From Macrostomum lignano (Eukaryota): a stretch of DNA of 64,000 bases. Within the stretch, counting starts at the first letter, position 1. The number at the start of each line of letters is the position of its first letter. This document shows positions 58,501-64,000 of the stretch, one piece after another. The notes beneath the pieces are model-generated. The model was not told the origin of the DNA and searched no databases. It worked only from the letters and a program-made list of their open reading frames with translations. Location: the NCBI GenBank assembly GCA_002269645.1, contig NIVC01000240.1:186001-250000 (forward strand), in the 5' to 3' direction. Made by a program: the position numbers and the translations under genes.

Positions 58501-61127
58501 AAACGCTTAGTGTCTGGGTGAAGTCCTGCATGCCAATTTTCAGCGACAGAGAGCAAGCAGAAGTACTCGAAATCGAATATCAATCTAATACATTGTGGAG
58601 ATAGGAACATCAGTTTTTCTCGAATAGTTCTCGAGCATGAAGCTTTGAGTTCGGTTTGAGTTATGATAATCGCTTAGTGTCTGGGTGAAGTCCTGCATGC
58701 CAATTTTCAGCGACAGAGAGCAAGCAGAAGTACTCGAAATCGAATATCAATCTAATACATTGCGGAGATAGGAACATCAGTTTTTCTCGAATAGTTCTCG
58801 AGCATGAAGCTTTGAGTTCGGTTTGAGTTATGATAATCGCTTAGTGTCTGGGTGAAGTCCTGCATGTCAATTTTCAGCGACAGAGAGCAAGCAGAAGTAC
58901 TCGAAATCGAATATCAATCTAATGCATTGCGGAGATAGGAACATCAGTTTTTCTCGAATAGTTCTCGAGCATGAAGCTTTGAGTTCGGTTTGAGTTATGA
59001 TAATCGCTTAGTGTCTGGGTGAAGTCCTGCATGTCAATTTTCAGCGACAGAGAGCAAGCAGAAGTACTCGAAATCGAATATCAATCTAATACATTGCGGA
59101 GATAGGAACATCAGTTTTTCTCGAATAGTTCTCGAGCATGAAGCTTTGAGTTCGGTTTGAGTTATGATAATCGCTTAGTGTCTGGGTGAAGTCCTGCATG
59201 CCAATTTTCAGCGACAGAGAGCAAGCAGAAGTACTCGAAATCGAATATCAATCTAATACATTGTGGAGATAGGAACATCAGTTTTTCTCGAATAGTTCTC
59301 GAGCATGAAGCTTTGAGTTCGGTTTGAGTTATGATAATCGCTTAGTGTCTGGGTGAAGTCCTGCATGCCAATTTTCAGCGACAGAGAGCAAGCAGAAGTA
59401 CTCGAAATCGAATATCAATCTAATACATTGCGGAGATAGGAACATCAGTTTTTCTCGAATAGTTCTCGAGCATGAAGCTTTGAGTTCGGTTTGAGTTATG
59501 ATAATCGCTTAGTGTCTGGGTGAAGTCCTGCATGTCAATTTTCAGCGACAGAGAGCAAGCAGAAGTACTCGAAATCGAATATCAATCTAATGCATTGCGG
59601 AGATAGGAACATCAGTTTTTCTCGAATAGTTCTCGAGCATGAAGCTTTGAGTTCGGTTTGAGTTATGATAATCGCTTAGTGTCTGGGTGAAGTCCTGCAT
59701 GTCAATTTTCAGCGACAGAGAGCAAGCAGAAGTACTCGAAATCGAATATCAATCTAATACATTGCGGAGATAGGAACATCAGTTTTTCTCGAATAGTTCT
59801 CGAGCATGAAGCTTTGAGTTCGGTTTGAGTTATGATAATCGCTTAGTGTCTGGGTGAAGTCCTGCATGTCAATTTTCAGCGACAGAGAGCAAGCAGAAGT
59901 ACTCGAAATCGAATATCAATCTAATACATTGCGGAGATAGGAACATCAGTTTTTCTCGAATAGTTCTCGAGCATGAAGCTTTGAGTTCGGTTTGAGTTAT
60001 GATAATCGCTTAGTGTCTGGGTGAAGTCCTGCATGCCAATTTTCAGCGACAGAGAGCAAGCAGAAGTACTCGAAATCGAATATCAATCTAATGCATTGTG
60101 GAGATAGGAACATCAGTTTTTCTCGAATAGTTCTCGAGCATGAAGCTTTGAGTTCGGTTTGAGTTATGATAATCGCTTAGTGTCTGGGTGAAGTCCTGCA
60201 TGTCAATTTTCAGCGACAGAGAGCAAGCAGAAGTACTCGAAATCGAATATCAATCTAATACATTGCGGAGATAGGAACATCAGTTTTTCTCGAATAGTTC
60301 TCGAGCATGAAGCTTTGAGTTCGGTTTGAGTTATGATAAACGCTTAGTGTCTGGGTGAAGTCCTGCATGTCAATTTTCAGCGACAGAGAGCAAGCAGAAG
60401 TACTCGAAATCGAATATCAATCTAATACATTGCGGAGATAGGAACATCAGTTTTTCTCGAATAGTTCTCGAGCATGAAGCTTTGAGTTCGGTTTGAGTTA
60501 TGATAATCGCTTAGTGTCTGGGTGAAGTCCTGCATGTCAATTTTCAGCGACAGAGAGCAAGCAGAAGTACTCGAAATCGAATATCAATCTAATACATTGC
60601 GGAGATAGGAACATCAGTTTTTCTCGAATAGTTCTCGAGCATGAAGCTTTGAGTTCGGTTTGAGTTATGATAATCGCTTAGTGTCTGGGTGAAGTCCTGC
60701 ATGCCAATTTTCAGCGACAGAGAGCAAGCAGAAGTACTCGAAATCGAATATCAATCTAATGCATTGTGGAGATAGGAACATCAGTTTTTCTCGAATAGTT
60801 CTCGAGCATGAAGCTTTGAGTTCGGTTTGAGTTATGATAATCGCTTAGTGTCTGGGTGAAGTCCTGCATGTCAATTTTCAGCGACAGAGAGCAAGCAGAA
60901 GTACTCGAAATCGAATATCAATCTAATACATTGCGGAGATAGGAACATCAGTTTTTCTCGAATAGTTCTCGAGCATGAAGCTTTGAGTTCGGTTTGAGTT
61001 ATGATAATCGCTTAGTGTCTGGGTGAAGTCCTGCATGTCAATTTTCAGCGACAGAGAGCAAGCAGAAGTACTCGAAATCGAATATCAATCTAATACATTG
61101 CGGAGATAGGAACATCAGTTTTTTGCA
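58501..61127 (-). repeat. 167-bp tandem subrepeat, right arm (~16 copies, inverted relative to left arm)
   Basis: Reverse complement of the left-arm unit; SNP pattern of units 1-4 recurs in units 5-8. Confidence 0.97.
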
Positions 61128-61915
61128 AATTGTAAAAAATCCTTTCTATCTGTGGCCGTAATTTTTTTCAAGTCGGTTTATCTCGTGGGTGATGTTTTTT
61201 CTGTAAAAAATCATAGCGTTTGGTGCTTTAAAAGCAAAGATTTTTGTTATTTCCGAAAATCGATCTTGAATATCGCTCGGGGAATCCCTGCATGTTGAGC
61301 TGAGTTGCATGATCGTGCGAGCTCGCTTTTTATTTTCGCTGGAATTTAAAAAATCGTAGCATATGAGCACGCAAAGAAACAAAAAGTGTACTTGTTAGCA
61401 TTTAAAATACCAAAATGGTGTCAGATATCACAGCCGTATGGGGTGTCAAGGGAAGGTGTCAGTCGATATCACAGCCATATAGGGTGTCAGGGAAAGAGGG
61501 TTCTGCACGATGGTGGCAATGCAGGCAGAGGAGAGACATAGAGAAGGGGGCGCTTTCAAACGTTATTCTAGTTTTATTATTGTTCTCCGCTACAGAAATT
61601 TTAAGTCGTTTTTTGGTCCAAAATTCCATCAATTCGATATAACTATTAGATTTGTTGTTATCATTAAAACTGTAAGACAACCAACCAATCCTCGTTAAGT
61701 TTATTGCCATTTCGTCGGGTGCTCCCCTTTAAGGGGATCGAATGTCAACTTAAGCACCAGAATGGAGCCCGAAGTTCAGCTCCGGACCAAAACGACTGCA
61801 ATCGATAACTTGTCGCTCCAGACGACTAGAATCGCCGAGACATCTCATCCCAGGCCCTGACTTGGGGTCCCAGGGGATATAGGGGATAAAATGGGGATTT
61901 TGTGTCAACCAAGTC

Positions 61916-62606
61916 CATCGAGAGCTGCTTTCGTCTTCTGACGGAGATGCAACAGCGGTCTGCAACAGTCACTCCACTGTTAACGGCAGTTCGGTTGCAA
62001 CATCCAGATTCATTTCAAAAAATCAGCGCCATTGCGTCAACGAATTTGTTCAAACGCTTCTAATACATCTGGAATTTCTGTTATCAGATAGTTTCACAGA
62101 ATTTTCACTCATTCAAACTTGTCGGGATTGCCAGCGCACAAGTTCTGAAGTTCCTGTTGGCACAATCAAAATAAACAGAGTGATTTGCATTCCTCTCTGT
62201 CGGTTTGAGCGCTGAATTGTCAGTTTAGACAAAATATTCTGCGCTTTTGCCGCTCCTCAGGTATAGTGAAATGTTCGGATGCCAATTGCCTTGGCGATTG
62301 TAATCAAGAGATCGCAGTAACACCTGGAAAGTTTACCCTGATTTATCTTGACCGTGCTAGTATGGATGGCATCCTAACTCTTCAAACTCCTGTAAGCTTT
62401 TCCTCAAGGTAAGGGGTGTTTCTACACTTGGTAAGCCAGTGGCCACAATATCACACCATGGAAACCGACTGAAGTCGGGACATTTCACAGCAAGCGTACT
62501 GAGCTGTGTGTGGACGAGAATTGACGACATGAAAGTTACGTCAGACTATAACCCCTTCGTACGTGAGCTTGAGTGCATCGTGCTCGTTGCACTTTTAAAC
62601 TCGTAA
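61916..62606 (+). pseudogene. Ubiquitin-specific protease (USP/C19) domain fragment lacking the Cys box, at least 2 frameshifts
   Basis: Collinear motifs NQRHCVNEFVQTLLIHL (Gln-box-like), QTCRDCQRTSSE, KCSDANC...PGKFTLIYLDR...TPVSF and His box VATISHHGNRLKSGHFTAS...WTRIDDMKV (His 62481, Asp 62523/62526). Confidence 0.8.
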
Positions 62607-63194
62607 AAGCATTTTTAGCGAAAATGCAATTGTTTTAAACGAGTGTACTGTACGTTTTGTATTGCAGATTTTAAGGGACATGCAGATTAAGAAAAAATGT
62701 CATCTCACGCATTCTTTACGTACCATAGGTTACATGTGAAGATAATTCAGACTGTCATCAAATATCAAAAGCTTTGCATTAGTTCTTTCAATTTCTTTCA
62801 GACTCACAATTAGCTAAAAATTCGCAGCATTTTTTACTGCAGCAAAGAACTTAAACCCAAAAACATTTTTTAGGACTAAGAAACTTTTGCAATTATGATT
62901 TTACTGAGCTATGCGTAAGAGGCGTGACTTCATTTGCTTAAAAACGTTTGCTGCTTTGCATGACATGCTTTATTTTACCAATATACATGGCTTCGGTTTA
63001 TCGTCCAAAAATTCTGCTTACTAATAACCAAATTAATTTACCAATTAATTTTTTCAAAGTGAGTTTTAAGATCGGCGTTTTTAACATTGTTTCGATACGA
63101 GCAAATCATTTCTATTACTTAACAAACAATATACAATAGCTGAAATGAACTACACCCGCAAATGCGAGATTCGAATTGAATGGAGCTTCGTCAC

Positions 63195-63794
63195 TTAAAG
63201 CTGGATGGGATGTCTCGGCGATTCTAGTCGACTGGGCCGACAAGTTATCGATTGCAGTCGGTTTGGTCCGGAGCTGAACTTCGGGCTCCATTCCAGAGCC
63301 TTAAGTTGACATGAGATCCCCATTTTATCCCCTTTATCCCCTGGGACCCCAAGGAAGGGAGCCGGATGGGATGTCTCGGCGATTCTAGTCGTCTGGGCCG
63401 ACAAGTTATCGATTGCAGTCGGTTTGGTCCGGAGCTGAACTTCGGGCTCCATTCCAGAGCCTTAAGTTGACATGAGATCCCCATTTTATCCCCTTTATCC
63501 CCTGGGACCCCAAGGAAGGGAGCCGGATGGGATGTCTCGGCGATTCTAGTCGTCTGGGCCGACAAGTTATCGATTGCAGTCGGTTTGGTCCGGAGCTGAA
63601 CTTCGGGCTCCATTCCAGAGCCTTAAGTTGACATGAGATCCCCATTTTATCCCCTTTATCCCCTGGGACCCCAAGGAAGGGAGCCGGATGGGATGTCTCG
63701 GCGATTCTAGTCGTCTGGGCCGACAAGTTATCGATTGCAGTCGGTTTGGTCCGGAGCTGAACTTCGGGCTCCATTCTGGTGCTTAAGTTGACAT
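63195..63794 (-). repeat. 161-bp tandem subrepeat, right arm of element 2 (~3.7 copies)
   Basis: Identical ORF starts at 63452, 63613 and 63774 (161-bp spacing); one diverged inverted copy at 61742-61915. Confidence 0.97.
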
Positions 63795-64000
63795 CCCCTT
63801 TATTCGTGCAACAAACGAAGGATACACTAAACGAGAATGAAGGGTGAATGATGATTTATTAACATTAACAGTCAAACGGAATTTCTGTCTATGGTTTAAT
63901 TGTCGATAAAAATACGTTTATAATTATTGATCGATGCTAATTTCTTCTCACTTTTTTCAGTGTTTTGTCCTAATTTCGATTTTAAAACTTGCTGGATATT

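Larger units (their letters stand above)
55332..61293 (+). mobile_element. Foldback-type Mutator-like element (5962 bp) with satellite-containing inverted arms and Ulp1-PHD cargo
   Basis: Near-perfect ~170-bp outer TIR (ATGCAGGGATTCCCCGAGC...) plus inverted 167-bp tandem subrepeats; perfect 9-bp TSD GTTGAGCTG (55323-31, 61294-302). Confidence 0.93.
61732..63799 (+). mobile_element. Second foldback-type non-autonomous element (2068 bp) with 161-bp subrepeat arms and USP cargo; superfamily uncertain (PIF/Harbinger-like if TSD = TTA)
   Basis: Left end AGGGGAT(CGAAT)GTCAACTTAAGCACCAGAATGGAGCCCG is inverted at the right end (...CTGGTGCTTAAGTTGACATCCCCT). TTA on both flanks (61729-31, 63800-02). 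A 9-bp direct repeat TCCCCTTTA (61723-31, 63794-802) is an alternative TSD. Confidence 0.85.

Overview
Eukaryotic (animal) genomic DNA. GC-rich, low-complexity exons are separated by introns that each hold a different minisatellite, a style resembling the flatworm Macrostomum (inference). Four host genes were reconstructed by hand from splice sites and reading phase: (1) the 3' part of an unknown low-complexity gene (+, 476-6972, one 1-nt frameshift); (2) a 398-aa protein with an N-terminal membrane anchor and a divergent cullin-repeat-like region (-, 8471-10725); (3) an SVOP/SV2-related MFS transporter (-, 13287-23913); (4) a TCF/LEF gene with beta-catenin-binding domain, HMG box and C-clamp (-, 28739-35972). 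The right end is a transposon cluster. A ~3.9 kb CpG-depleted AT-rich island holds a decayed mariner and a hAT MITE. Next come two adjacent foldback-type DNA elements whose inverted arms are built from nucleosome-sized tandem repeats (167 and 161 bp) and which show no recognisable transposase. The first (9-bp TSD, Mutator-like) carries a spliced Ulp1/SENP protease + PHD finger gene. The second carries a decayed USP deubiquitinase domain. This pair of Ub/SUMO-protease-carrying foldback elements is the most novel-looking system in the window. Most long ORFs in the supplied track are repeat artefacts. All domain calls come from reading motifs by eye, with no database search.
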